Below are positions 11,929 through 24,289 of a stretch of DNA of 64,000 nucleotides, in pieces. The DNA is taken from contig JAPEUI010000084.1 in assembly GCA_026025075.1 (NCBI GenBank), positions 1 to 64,000 of the forward strand, in the 5' to 3' direction. Under the pieces are notes generated by a model. The model saw only the letters and a list, made by a program, of their open reading frames with translations, was not told where the DNA came from and did no database searches. The translations under genes were made by a program, and so were the position numbers. Within the stretch, counting starts at the first letter, position 1. Each line of letters begins with the position of its first letter. The stretch comes from Vezdaea acicularis (taxonomy: Eukaryota).

Positions 11929-13881
11929 ATGGTCACACTGATCTTAATTGCGGTGCTGACAGGAGTGCTATTGGTCTTACGAGTGAAATCCTCACCGATA
12001 CACCGGAATGGGGAGCGTTTACCGTATGGGATTCTGCCCACCATATCTCTGTGATATTACAAAATTACATATAGTTTACTGACTGTGATAAAAGTCGCCC
12101 GCCAGGCACTCTTCCGTTCTTCGGAAATGGTCTACTTTTTCTTCAATCTCGCAATAAACTCTTTCATTGGTTCACTGAGCGCGAGCGACAGTATGGAAAA
12201 GAGACCTTTGAGATTTCCGTCCCGACTCTACCCCCTGGGATCGTAATCAACGACCCTGACAGTCTCGAGTACGTTCTGAAGCACGACGATCTATTCACCA
12301 AGGGTGATTTCTTTCGACAGAGATCTATGGATCTGTTTGGTAAGCAATGCAGCTTCGCGAGAGTAGCTCTACGAGTCAAGCAAGCTCAAAAGGAGCCAGA
12401 AACGCAGCAAATACTTTTAGCTAATCGTGCTGACCTGCTAATCTATCAGGGCATGGTATAATCAATGTCGATGGTATGGCGTGGAAACGGCAACGAAAAT
12501 CTGCGGTGCGCTTCTTTAACAATGCGAATTTGAAAACCTTGGTTGACGTTTTCCTACCTCGATTCATATGTGATGTGAAAAGGGACCTGCATCTTAAGGC
12601 CCAATCCCAAAAGCCCTTGGACTTAGAGGTCGTCTTCACGGACCTCACGACTCGAATCATGGGTGTATTGGCATATGATGTAAGTTTGTTCATGATCCAT
12701 ATTGCAGCAATGGTCTAGATGACAACTCTCGGGTCCAAAGAGCTAAAAGGAAACTTCTCCATGAAGATGGATATGCAAGCCTCATCTTCATTCTTCCATG
12801 CATTCGAATTTGCCTCTTCTGCAACGGGCAGACGGTTCCAAAATCCTCTTTGGAAATTCACGGAGTCCCTTTTTGGAGGTCAACTACGTAGAGCGCTGGC
12901 AGAAGTAAAGGAGTTTGGCAGATCCGTTGTTGCGACTGCGATAGAAAATAGCAGTAGCGGCGTGGAACGAAGCAGCCATTTTACGGACTTTCATGGGCTC
13001 GGCGGTGAGAAGAAGCTGAATCGGAGTGGTGATGGTGTGGAAGGCAGTCTGATTCAATATTTACTCGACGGAATTGGGGACGCCAGTATCGTTGCCGATG
13101 CAGCACTCAATTTTCTCTCTGCGGGTAAGGCCTCTTCCAAGTCGTCTGGAGAAGAGGGCGCACACTACATGCCAGTCAAGTTCTTACTGAGTTATGGTCA
13201 GGAAGGGACACAACGGCACAAGCCCTGACCTGGACCTTCTACCTTCTTATGCAACATCAAGATGTGGTGCGCCAAATTCGAGATGAGCTCAATGACTTGG
13301 TACTAGATGGTAAGGGTCTTAGTCTCCCTTGCGAGAAGATACAATCCTCATCTCTACCCTACACAATGGCCACTTTCTACGAAAGCTTGCGGTTATACCC
13401 CCCCGTCCCCTTTGAGATCAAGCAATGCGAGAAAGCCGTCACGCTTCCGGATGGGACGTTCCTGCCCAAGGACGCCGTGGTCGTGTGGTGTCCGTGGGCA
13501 ATGAGTCGATCGAAGCACACCTGGGGACCGGACCCTCACTCCTTCCGGCCTGAACGATGGTTAGGAGATGATAGTGACGGCAATGAAGGCATGACTAAAC
13601 GTGTGAAGAAGGTCTTTATACCAAAGACAGCATTCGAGTTTCCGGTCTTCAACGGTGGTCCTCGGAGTTGTTTGGGAAAAAGAATGGCAGAGCTTCAGGC
13701 TGTTTACACTATCGCCAGCCTAGTCTGGGAATTTGATTTCTTCGAAGTCAGGCGGTCAGGGCTAAAAGCAGGCGAGCCTCAAAAAGAAAGAGTAAGTCGG
13801 AACAGTCTGACTTTACCAATGGAAGGTGGCTTGCCGTGTCATGTCGTGGACCGCCCTCACACCCAGGCGATATTCGACTAA
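11929..13881 (+). CDS. Cytochrome P450, resembling fatty-acid omega-hydroxylase-type families (CYP52/CYP86/CYP94-like)
   Basis: N-terminal anchor MVTLILIAVLTGVLLVL, proline hinge RPPGTLPFFGNG, I-helix AG|RDTTAQAL split by an intron, ESLR (ExxR), PERW and heme motif FNGGPRSCLG; four introns. Confidence 0.93.
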
Positions 13882-14278
13882 ACAATCTGATTTGAGCTCA
13901 GTTGGGCATATGGGACGTGGTAAAGTGAGAAATAGAAGACTACCTTAGCGTGTCGTTCGTAACAGGCTCATGGGTACTTTAGTCATTTCTTGTGCTGGTT
14001 CGTCCAGATACGGCCGTCAATAAGTCCGGGCCATCGTTCAGCGTGCAATCCTATACCCAACTGACATCCGCACTCACCGTTGACAGTTTCGCGGGTTTCA
14101 AGCAACTCTCAAATTTTTCAAATCACCAAAGGTATGATAATCGCAACATTTGATCCATTCAAGTCCCTAAAATGTACAGTGACCTTGTGATTTGTGCAGT
14201 AAACAAGTCCCGTACGCCAATATTGCCTTCCCCTATGCCCCATTCCCCCATGCTATCTCTGAAGTTTCAACCTCCTCT

Positions 14279-15169
14279 CTACGCAAATGCCATAGCCTTC
14301 TTGATCTCAGCAATGGCCTTTGCAGGATTTAGTCCCTTCGGACAAGTCCTCGAACAGTTTAGGATGGTATGACACCTGTAGAGGCTCATCGAGTTATCTA
14401 GGGCCTGCTTTCTTTCCTCCGTGTGTTCGTCCCGTGAATCGACAATCCATCTGTAAGACTGCAGCAGAACTGCCGGGCCAAGATATTCCTCGCTATTCCA
14501 CCAATATGACGGGCACGACGTCGAACAGCATGCGCACAGGATGCATTCATATAGCCCGTCGAGCTTCTTGCGATCGGCCATGCTTTGACGGTTTTCGCGC
14601 CCCTGAAGATATTTAGCATATTCCCTCCTTTTCATCTACCCAAGGGTACTTACGTCAGGCGGTGGCGTATCCCGTTGAAGATACGGCTTGATAGACTTGT
14701 ACTGCTTATAGAAATGCGTCAAGTCCGGTACAAGGTCTTTCACAACATAAGTGTGCGGTAGCGGGTATATCCTCGACTCAGCCTTCGTATCCGTTGGTAT
14801 ACGACAGAGACAGGCCAGTGTGTTGACCCCATCGATATTCATGGCACAACTACCACAAATGCCCTCACGGCAGCTCCGGCGGAAAGTCAGAGTTGGGTCG
14901 ACTTCATTCTTTATTCTAATGAGCGCATCCAACATCATAGGTCCCGTCTTCTTTAGGTCCAAGGTGTATGACTGCATTTTGGGCTTGCTGGTCGGGTCTT
15001 CTGGTGACCAGCGGTAGATATGGAACGTTTTCAGTTTGGCGTCGGACGATGGCGCAGGCTCTGATAAATTACCAGTAACGGTTGCCAATGTACGAAGGGG
15101 GAAGGCAGGTCGCAACAAAGAGCGTGATGCCGTGAGGAGACGGGTCGCTGATGTATGAATGGTCGCCAT
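14279..15169 (-). CDS. SDH2: Succinate dehydrogenase iron-sulfur subunit
   Basis: Mitochondrial presequence; [31 protein letters not shown] and [17 protein letters not shown]e-S motifs; one intron near 14603-14653. Confidence 0.98.
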
Positions 15170-17341
15170 CTTAGTCGATGCTGTTGACGTAGAAGAGCGA
15201 AGGGAAAGAGAATGGCCTTTGCGGCTAGATGTTACAGGTTCCTATTTCGCTTTCAATGGATAGGAGTCAAATCACCTAATCGAGAGGATGTTGTACTAGA
15301 ATTGGATGAGGCAAAGAAAAGAAGGGTTTGTGGGTTGAATTGAAGATGATCAGAAGAGAGGCAATCTAGGATATCGGGACTCAATGAATCACGTGCGAAG
15401 AGATTACCTCACCACTTTCCGCCAATCAACGTAAGAGGAAATCTAAGCATTGTTCATCCGCGACACCGAAATATCACAGGTACCTAAGAAAATGCAGCAC
15501 CCAAAACACCTGGAAATAACTCCTCTAACGCATTCCTTTCTTGATGCTTTGATCTTGTATCCTCCTAAGAACGATGGGCTCGCCAAGGCCCATGAAGGGA
15601 GCGCGATGTAAGGCATAGCAAACTTTTGCTGCATACCCTTCCACCCTGCTTGCTACAGCATTATACAATGCAGGAACAGTTGTAAATGCTCAACATCGCA
15701 GACAAGAAGATTGGGCAGCTAGGATCTCCTAACCCCAGCTCCTGGCGCGTATCGCATACGCAAGTGAATGCGAGCGATCCTTTTATTCCCTTCTTCACCG
15801 TAGTTCTTGGGCCCAAAGCCACGGAAGACATTGAATTACCTTTGAGTCCCCGCCCCACAATGTTCAGTTGTGCTGTACGGTTTTTAACACGCATCCCTCT
15901 GCTTCGGTCAAATCGGCTGTTGAAGAGACCAGATCAGGTCTGCCTCAAGTCAGACATGGCGAGCAGAGTAAAGACCTCAGGGGCTTGTTGCAAGTACAGC
16001 GGGAGATACCACTGGTCCATACCTAAGACCTCTTCTTCTCCGCACAGCAGCATGACGATGGAATTCGGGCGATTCGCATCTCACTAAAATACTATACAGT
16101 CGCCAAGAACTGCCGAAAAGCTTGTCTCCTATAAGCGAAACCTTTCCGGCGAGTTGCATGCAATCTCTAGCGAATCAAAACATTGCACACTTGCCATCAT
16201 GAAAAGCAATTGTTCGGGCAAAGTCACGAGCGTTGCGGGCAGCTTCAGTCAGACCGTGAAGTATTTCAATTCTGTTGTCATTTTCTCCAATGAAGTCCCA
16301 AGAGTTGAATTCGTCTTTGAAGACCTTTCTGTGACATGCCATATGCTTCATGCAAATCTTCCAGTGCTCCAGCCTCCGGCTTGTGTCCGTGCCGTGCCGA
16401 TTGGCATGCGCCATATTTCGCGCACCGGAAGGCTGGTCTCCATAGCTTTCGGGGGATCAGTTGACTCGAAGGTCCTTCTGAGTGCCTTTCTTTTCAGGGA
16501 GCGGTCAAATCATCAAGTGCATGGGATTGCGCCTTCGTGTCTTGACGCCTTGTTGGGTTAATCCGATGAGCCAAGGCCTTAAATCGTCATAGCGCCGACG
16601 CTGGCGACAAAAAGAGCTGTGATAACTAGGGCCAATAAGAGATCGCGGCCCAAACTCCACCTTTCGCAGCTACTTCTTCCGCTCATCCTCTTTCACTCTC
16701 TCTTCCCTTTTAACCACTCATCCCCAGACTACATCTGCCAATTGCTCTTTGGAAATTCCGCCAGGTGAGTAGCAATTGCTCTTTTCTAAAACGATTCCTT
16801 GGTCTTCATCGTAGTCCTCATACCTCTGAATCACGCCCCTCCATCGCGATTGCCGTCTTGTTGGCGTACGGTCGCATAGCTTTTGTCGTCAAAATACCAC
16901 TGCGCATGGAGCATCCGACATGTCCGAAAACGTCTCTACCAAGCCTTTAGACTTTCTGGCCAAGATTCTTGGCATTCTACTTTTGATTTTGTGTTTTCTC
17001 TTCATCTACGCACCACTTCCACCGTCTCACCTTACTCTTCAAGCTTACGATGTAGTAGCATTATCCTCGATCCACAGGATCGTACCCTCAGCAGCTTCGA
17101 TCGTTCAATTCTCTTTCTCGGCCGCATTGGGCGATTGATCAACTGCCGTGAGGTATGCAGATGCCCTTTTAATGTAGACCTAATATGATCGCGCATTCCC
17201 TTGTGGACTGTGCCATCAGCCCGCTCGCTGCGTCTTTCTCGCATTTCATTAGCAATTATCGGTCTAGCAATAGTAGCGGATACCTCAAGCTGATGCTTAT
17301 GCATTGTTTCTAGTCATATCAGATCCTCATTCAATTTTACA

Positions 17342-17542
17342 ATGGCTGCGATCGATATGTCAGTCGTCGCGCGTAATGCACACTACCACCTCACTCAGCT
17401 GGCGAAGAGAGAAAAAAGCTGGCCACACCGCAATCCCGGTGTCATGCTTGTATTCGTTATTGTCTTCATTCTCGTTGTCTTCGGCATCGTCATGTTCGTC
17501 AACTCGAAGCTCAAGGCTCGCAGGGCAAGACTCGGGAAGTAG
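17342..17542 (+). CDS. 66-aa single-pass membrane microprotein
   Basis: Good start context (tacaATGG), a KR dibasic site, one TM helix (GVMLVFVIVFILVVFGIVMFV) and a basic tail. Upstream are a CT-rich promoter (~16670-16720) and a probable 5'UTR intron (GTGAGT at 16765, acceptor ~17313/17322). Confidence 0.65.
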   Translation: MAAIDMSVVARNAHYHLTQLAKREKSWPHRNPGVMLVFVIVFILVVFGIVMFVNSKLKARRARLGK

Positions 17543-18631
17543 GGGTATGGTGGACGGAGGAAGGTGGCATGGTTGACGATATGAGGCGGATGAGAGCGAG
17601 ACCTGTTGATGCAAGTCACCCGTTCTAGGGGATTGTATACATAGGAGAGAGTCAACCTCGTTATCTATTAGGGTTGGATTACTAAGTTCAATCCGTTTAG
17701 TCAGAGCCAATAGGAACGGAGCTTTCAAAGCTTTGCTAAAGGTGCATTTGATAGGGCCATAATACATGTTGTCAGATCAAAATGTCAGCAATCTCATATA
17801 TTGCACGCATTCATCCCAAGATGCGATTGCCATCTCAAGAATGCCCTACGTTCTCACCGAGCTTTTACCCATGGGTTGAAGTCCCGGAGGACGAGTGAAA
17901 GCTTGTCATTGGTGGACACGAGGGTGAAGAACCCCCAGTCAGAGATGCGAGGGTTCTTCCCACCGTGCACGGTCACTCGGCAACACAAGCTTCAGGAGTG
18001 AGACGCAGCGACATACCTGAGGCATTAGCTAAGAAATTCAAAAATTTCCTGAAGACATCAATAATGCTCATCTCATTCGGGCTGTTTACTGCTTATTTCT
18101 CCAATCGTGTCTCATGAATCATATCTGTGATACTGCGCTTTACATCCGGTCCGCCTTTGTAAGAAACTTTACATCGAATGTAGCCCCCTGGCGATGGCAG
18201 AGTTAAAAGGCGTTAAGGGGTGGATTTTCCAGATTATGACCTAATGCTGCACCGTATGACGGTATCCTTGTTATACTTTGAGCGGGGACGATGTGGGCAA
18301 GGCCCTTCCGTAAATGGGAATAGTTCCATGGAAATTTTGGTAAATTCGTGATAGCTCGAACTCCCGACAACGTCTCGCCGCCATAAAAGTCGAAGGTGTT
18401 TCTTGGGCTGCAAAGACAGTACAAAAAGTTTCCCTCGAAAGGCGTCACATGATGACGACCTTAAAGTGGCAATGTTCATCTACTCGACCCACTACACTGA
18501 ACGGTATTCTCCCATGGAATATATGGCTATTGGTTATGTAAATTCGCATCTCATTACACGATCCCGATACCCGTATATCCTGCACATCACGTCCTATGCA
18601 TCCAAACGCCACCAAGCCCCAGGTCTAATGC

Positions 18632-20473
18632 TCAAAGCTTTAGAGTACTTCCCTTCCGCATCCTCTCCCCATACCTTAGAATCAGGTATGGAATAGGGCT
18701 GAAAGCCAATGCAATGAATGCTAGTAGCGAATTACCCCAGCCAAGGCCTAGCTTCTCATACATCTGTTGGCCGCCTAGCGGCAAGACGGCGCCGAATATG
18801 GAGCGGAGAACCGTGTTCGCCGCGAGTGCTGAAGCTGCGTAGATGGTGAATGCGTCGACGAGGTAGGTTTGAATTGGCATCTAGCCGTGTGTAAGTTGAG
18901 CTCTGGATAGCTAGGGAATAATTGAGTGGTTTAGCTTACGAAAGTAGCTAGCAGGCCAATACCAACGAGCATGGTCCCAAAAATGGGCACGATCCAATGT
19001 GTCTTAGCGTGCGCGGACCATCCATACCAGAATAGCCCAATCGGCAGCGCAAAATACCCATAGACCATCGGCGGCAACCTATACTCCGGCTTCATCTCTC
19101 CCTGGGCCGACTTTTTCTTCAAGATGCGATCACTCACGACCCCGAAGATAGCAAGGCCGAGGAGATTTCCCAAGCCAATGCCAAGAAAGGTGAGACCGAC
19201 CGTACCGGAAGAGAAGCCATACGTGCCTTCAAACACGATTGTGAACGTTGTGAAGAGGAGGTACAGATAGCCATAGATGAGGGCCATAAGGAAGGAGAGG
19301 GATTGCACAATGGGCGAGAAGAGGAGCATCTTCATGGGACGGACAATTGAGAGCTTGAAGAGCGCTGCGGGGGTGAAACCACGGTCGAGCTTAGATTTAA
19401 AGGAGAGATTGCCAGTTTCTTTCCGCAGTCGCTTGGCTTTGCGGTCGAGCAGGGTGACGGCGTAGGTTTCGCGCATGAAGATCAGACTTGAGATAGTGAT
19501 AAAGCCACCCTACCATCGGTCAGGTTGTGTGCACTAAAAGGAGGCAAAGTACTCACGCAAAGAGCTATCACCCAGAAGACCCATCTCCAACCTTCAGCCT
19601 GAGCAAGATATCCGCCAGCGACCGGTCCTATCACCGGACCAAGTAGCGGGCCAAGGGCAAAGCCTGACATCGCAGCGCCACGTTTCTCCTGTATTACAAG
19701 GTCCGCGATCGTCCCGCCACCAATCGTGAGAGGAGCTGATCCAGCAACGCCTTCGAGGAATCGGAACCCGATCAACATGTTTAAATTCGAACTCACGGCG
19801 CATGCGACAGTGAATATGATGAAAAGGATATTACAGGAGTGGTAGAGAGGCAGACGGCCGTATAACTCGGAAAGAGGTGCTATCACGAGAGGACCAGCGG
19901 CAAGGCCGAGAACGTAGACGGACACAACGAAAGAGGCAAGCTCCTTGTTGTCAGAGTGGAACTCTTTCATCAAGGCAGGCACGCCTGGCGCGAACATAGA
20001 AGATGCTAACGGGCTGCTCAAGCGTCAGTGATAGGGCGAGCGGATATCGCCAAATAGACTTACGTGACGAAGGTAGTCGCGGACACGAGGATGATATGCA
20101 TGACCCTCTTCCAGCTCGGCCAATTGAGCGGATTTTCAGGATCTTCAGGGCCCTCCCAATCGACAACGTTCGTATCCCGCTCTTCAATCTCTTCTTCGAC
20201 AGGGGCAGTCTTGCTAGATGAAGTACTTGGAGGTGGAGGCTCAACGCCGACCTCGAGATCTTTCCCATTTCTAGCTACTAAACCAGCTTCGTACTCCATC
20301 GACGCAGCTACCATTGAGTTCTCGTTGCCCAGATCGACTGCACCAGCGTTTGAAGGGATATCCGCGTCGTGACTTTCGTAGACTGCCAACTCCACCTTCT
20401 CAGGAAGCGTTGGCTGTGTTGCCATGTTAATCGATCGGCGGAGGCTTGCGGCGGGGACGCTGCTTCCCGCCAT
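18632..20473 (-). CDS. MFS transporter, DHA1 family (multi-exon)
   Basis: [65 protein letters not shown] and YLVDAF motifs; three introns. Confidence 0.95.
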
Positions 20474-21487
20474 GCGGTTTAGCTATGGGAATATAGACAA
20501 TAGGGCATCGGTTATCTCACTGTCAACCCTCTATCCTAGTCCTCTGTGCTTCGCGCCGTCTGTTCCCAACCGTCCTTTCCAGATGGCTATCTGGACGCAA
20601 CAAGCTTGTCACTGGATCCTTCTGGACGATTTGGAGAATTGTCAAAAATAGAGAATGTATGCCACGCGTGTCCTCAAAGAATGCAGAGTGGAAAAGCCAA
20701 GGTTCAGACGGTAGCTAGCATCATAGCGAAATCTTCATCCCCCCCAGTAATGTACGGTAGATGTGGTAGGAAAGGAGAGGGCTGAAGACGGAGATAACAT
20801 CGGACATGTACAAGATCTATCATATGGATAAATCGGCATCTTCAACAATCTCCTGCAAGAATCTTGGCTGCAGGTACTAGAGGGGAGGGGGAATTAAAGC
20901 GACTTTGTGCACGAATCGGCTTTCACAATTTCGAAAGCTCGATCCGGTTCGGTATCGTTAGCTTCCGTTGCACCGACGAGCAGTAAATGCACTCTGCACT
21001 GGCTGACCTTGGGTGGCCCTGGTGAAGCACATCTTAAGAAGCGGGTTTTAGCGACGTCAGAGTATTATTGGCTAGATTCATGCGCTTCTGGTGTCCCGCT
21101 TCTAAAGAGACGAATTTGAAGGTCATTGCTGACAAGATGATTCGGAGCGTTTATGATTTTGCATAACATTTATGCAAAAAATTCAAGCCGAGAATCGTCG
21201 GAAAAACAAGGGTCCGGCCTTAGTTTCCATATCCGCCTCCCCCTTCCCCAAGCATATATCAATCTGATTCATGATATGTATAGATTTATAAGGCTATTGT
21301 ACAAACTAACTTCGACAGCTTCTACTCCGTTTCAATGTGAAATGACGACTCCTAACATTGCAAAAAGACAAAACTAGCTCCATGCAATGCTTGCCTTCCA
21401 TCCCTCATATGTGAATTTGTTGATCCAACCCCAGGGAATGCACGATATCTGCCCAGACGCCAGATGAATCAGGACCCTTTATTCTAG

Positions 21488-24289
21488 CTACAGACCGTCC
21501 TCGCTTTCCTCCTCTACCGGCGCCGGCGTCCGTCTCTCATTCCGCCTCTTCGGCCGACGATGTCTGGAGCTTGAGATGTTACTAGCAGAATCATCCGGTG
21601 CCAACTCGCTAACAGAATCGTTTTCCCATCGCACATCCATTCCGATAGAGGGAGACTCTCCTTCGTCAGTCTCGCTGGCCTCGGAGAGCCATTCGAGACC
21701 AGGTGTGTTGGCAACGACTTCGATACCCCCGCCACCTCCATTCGCACGTTGACCCTGGCCACCCATGCTCAGGCCAGCACCACGTTCCCTTAGTAGACGT
21801 CGCACTACCTCTGCTTTACGGTGTAGTGCCTCAAATGCGTCTTCAAGCACCTCCATTCCAACATAAATCTCTCTTTCAATCTCCGCCAACGTAGCAATCT
21901 CGGTCTCTTCGTCGTACGGAATAGGCGCACCAAGTGGTACATTACCTTGAGTGGGTGATGCTCCATTGGCAGGTGTTTGGCCTCGAGATGCCGCCATTGA
22001 TGCTATCGAATTGAAAGGGGTCGGCCCTCGTGATTGTGGTGCGGCTGCGTAAGCGCCACGCGAAGGGAGATTCTTGGGTCCACGAGACGGTCCACGCATG
22101 AGCGGAGTTGTGCCTCGAGACAGTGGTGATGTTTCTCCTGCACCGTCTGCTCCACTCCAGAGGAAGCCATCGAAGCGACCGGAGACGAGAACTTCCCATT
22201 CCGATACACTGATCGCAGCAACAGTAGCAAGAGCTTTATGAAGAGATGGGTGCTTGAGAAGAAAGATGGCGCACTCAGGATCGCGAGGAGGTCTCGGAAA
22301 GCGATATAAGCGCTGTATTGCTAAGGCGGTCTTCACCAGAAGATCAGAGCGAGGCTTGACGAGGGGTGTCGGAGCTCTCGAGTCTTGCGGTGTGGTACGA
22401 GCTGAGGGAGCCGCAAGAAGCGCAGTATAGAGGGGTCGATCGTCCGAGTCCAAGTGAGTGAGAATCGCAAATGATAGGGTCTCATCATCCACTTCTCGGG
22501 GTGGTGAAGAAGGCAACGCAGGTTGCGACATAAGCCAACGATCTACTGTTTTCTTCATCTTCTGTGATTGCCGGATATAGTGCGACCGGAACTCTTCTGG
22601 CACGTCGCTATCAATGTTCTGTTGAAGCGGTGTTGCAGTCCGCATCATGCCCAGCTTCTTGGCAATACCAGGTGTCGCTGATCTCCCGATTCCTAGTCCG
22701 GCCTCTGGCTGGGGACCGTTCAAGCTGCCAAAGTCAAAGACAGGCCAAGACGGTAAATCTATGCGGCCATTAACCAATTCCAGAACCTCACCCCAGCCCA
22801 TTTTCTCTTCTTGTTCTATCTCTGTTTGATCTTTCCGTTTACAAATAGCACAAGGACATTCTTCAGATGATATGTCCCTTGCGAAGACGTTTTCCAGCCG
22901 ATCCAATAGCTTTCTTGCTACTGACTTGTAGCCTGTCGCGACAGCTAGTGAGCCGTTTTTCGAGAGAACGGCCTGGAACTGATCAAGCTTTCCGTGATAT
23001 GGAGCAAATATTCTTTCCACCTCAGCGATAGTCGGAGCCGGAGGACGGCCCATATGCGGGTGAGCTAAAGTATTTGGTATTGAAGGTTGAGACGTGGCTA
23101 ACAATGTCCGTGAAATCGGAGTGGGTAACCCCCCATTTTGTAACAGATAGTCCACCCGTGGAGCATTGGAAGGGACCATAGGAGGTGGCGGCGGGGGTGG
23201 CGGCTGAGGAGAATCGCTGAAGGGCGCCACAGGAGATCTAATGTTATAGAAAAGGTCGTGTCCGACGTCCCGCTCAATAGGGGTCATGAATGGTGACAGG
23301 GGTTGGGTAGGAGTCAAAGGTGACATAGTTTGATTATTAGAGACCGATGCAGTGGAGATGAATGGCAAATTGAGACCACCTGGCACTGGCGGTGGTGGCG
23401 GAGGGGGCTGAAATCGTGCTTTGGACGTAGCTTGGGAGTCAGCATTAGACTCTGCGTCATCTGTACCTCCAGACATGATCGATGATCCAGCTCTTGGAGG
23501 AGTTATGTTTTGTGGAATTTTGTCCTCTTCGGCTGGACCGGGCTTGGGCGTACGTGACTTCGTTGGTGATTGCGGGAAGTCCTTCCCGTTCCTTCTGGCT
23601 GTGCTGGCCTTTGAGACTTGCGATGCCGTTCGGCCATGTCCCCTAATCCTTTCATCATTGAGTTTTGAAGACCTTGATGATGGCCTTGATATACCCTCCG
23701 TCTTCTTGACTTCCTCGACTGGTTTCAGCGCAGGGACGTCGTTGGTTCTATTCTCTTCAACGCTGGTAAGAGGGGGACTGGGTGGTGCATTTGGCACGAT
23801 TCCATTCTCGCTCGGACGCTTTATAGATTCGTCCGTAACCTTTCCAACCTCGGTTGCGTCTGGCGTGGGGACTTCGATGTCCTTCTTTGGTGATACTGAC
23901 GGGAGAATACTCTCACGTGAGTGAGCTTTCGAAAAGGTCGGATAGGGAAGGCTTGTTTTCGATTCTCGTGCTTCATCTCTCAAACTGCCCACTGCAAGTG
24001 GCACGTCATGTGTCCTATCCCCATTTTCGTCATCGTCTTTCGTTTTTGTTCCCCGTCTTCTTCTCGATGAAGAGCTGTCAGGCCGATCAGGCCGATCCAT
24101 CACCGGAGATGTTGGTGTCTTTCGGCCGTCTTCTCCCTGCCGGCTGCTTCGTTTCTTGCGCTTCTCTCTATCCCGATCTCCTCCCGAGCGTCCGGGCGGC
24201 TTCTTCAGGCGTTCTCGCTCACGGTTCTGATCTCTGTCGCGATCTCTGTCGTCCTTCTCACGATCCTTATGCTTAAAGATCTCGAACAT
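21488..24289 (-). CDS. Conserved-looking hypothetical protein, 933 aa, with a Pro-rich disordered N-terminal half and a folded central region containing a CxCxxC motif
   Basis: Single long ORF with polyproline tracts and an ordered block (LAVATGYKSVARKLLDRLENVFARDISSEECPCAIC; WEVLVSGRFDGFLWSG). Function not assignable from the sequence. Confidence 0.8.
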   Translation of the reverse strand: MFEIFKHKDREKDDRDRDRDQNRERERLKKPPGRSGGDRDREKRKKRSSRQGEDGRKTPTSPVMDRPDRPDSSSSRRRRGTKTKDDDENGDRTHDVPLAVGSLRDEARESKTSLPYPTFSKAHSRESILPSVSPKKDIEVPTPDATEVGKVTDESIKRPSENGIVPNAPPSPPLTSVEENRTNDVPALKPVEEVKKTEGISRPSSRSSKLNDERIRGHGRTASQVSKASTARRNGKDFPQSPTKSRTPKPGPAEEDKIPQNITPPRAGSSIMSGGTDDAESNADSQATSKARFQPPPPPPPVPGGLNLPFISTASVSNNQTMSPLTPTQPLSPFMTPIERDVGHDLFYNIRSPVAPFSDSPQPPPPPPPPMVPSNAPRVDYLLQNGGLPTPISRTLLATSQPSIPNTLAHPHMGRPPAPTIAEVERIFAPYHGKLDQFQAVLSKNGSLAVATGYKSVARKLLDRLENVFARDISSEECPCAICKRKDQTEIEQEEKMGWGEVLELVNGRIDLPSWPVFDFGSLNGPQPEAGLGIGRSATPGIAKKLGMMRTATPLQQNIDSDVPEEFRSHYIRQSQKMKKTVDRWLMSQPALPSSPPREVDDETLSFAILTHLDSDDRPLYTALLAAPSARTTPQDSRAPTPLVKPRSDLLVKTALAIQRLYRFPRPPRDPECAIFLLKHPSLHKALATVAAISVSEWEVLVSGRFDGFLWSGADGAGETSPLSRGTTPLMRGPSRGPKNLPSRGAYAAAPQSRGPTPFNSIASMAASRGQTPANGASPTQGNVPLGAPIPYDEETEIATLAEIEREIYVGMEVLEDAFEALHRKAEVVRRLLRERGAGLSMGGQGQRANGGGGGIEVVANTPGLEWLSEASETDEGESPSIGMDVRWENDSVSELAPDDSASNISSSRHRRPKRRNERRTPAPVEEESEDGL

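Noticed and set aside
15661..16561. Short ORFs upstream of SDH2 with possible splice signals on the minus strand
   Set aside because: I could not assemble a convincing reading frame or recognise any domain. A lineage-specific or decayed gene cannot be excluded.
18632..20473. Second MFS transporter as part of the PKS cluster
   Set aside because: It is separated from the P450 by SDH2 and other sequence, and DHA1 transporters are abundant in fungal genomes.
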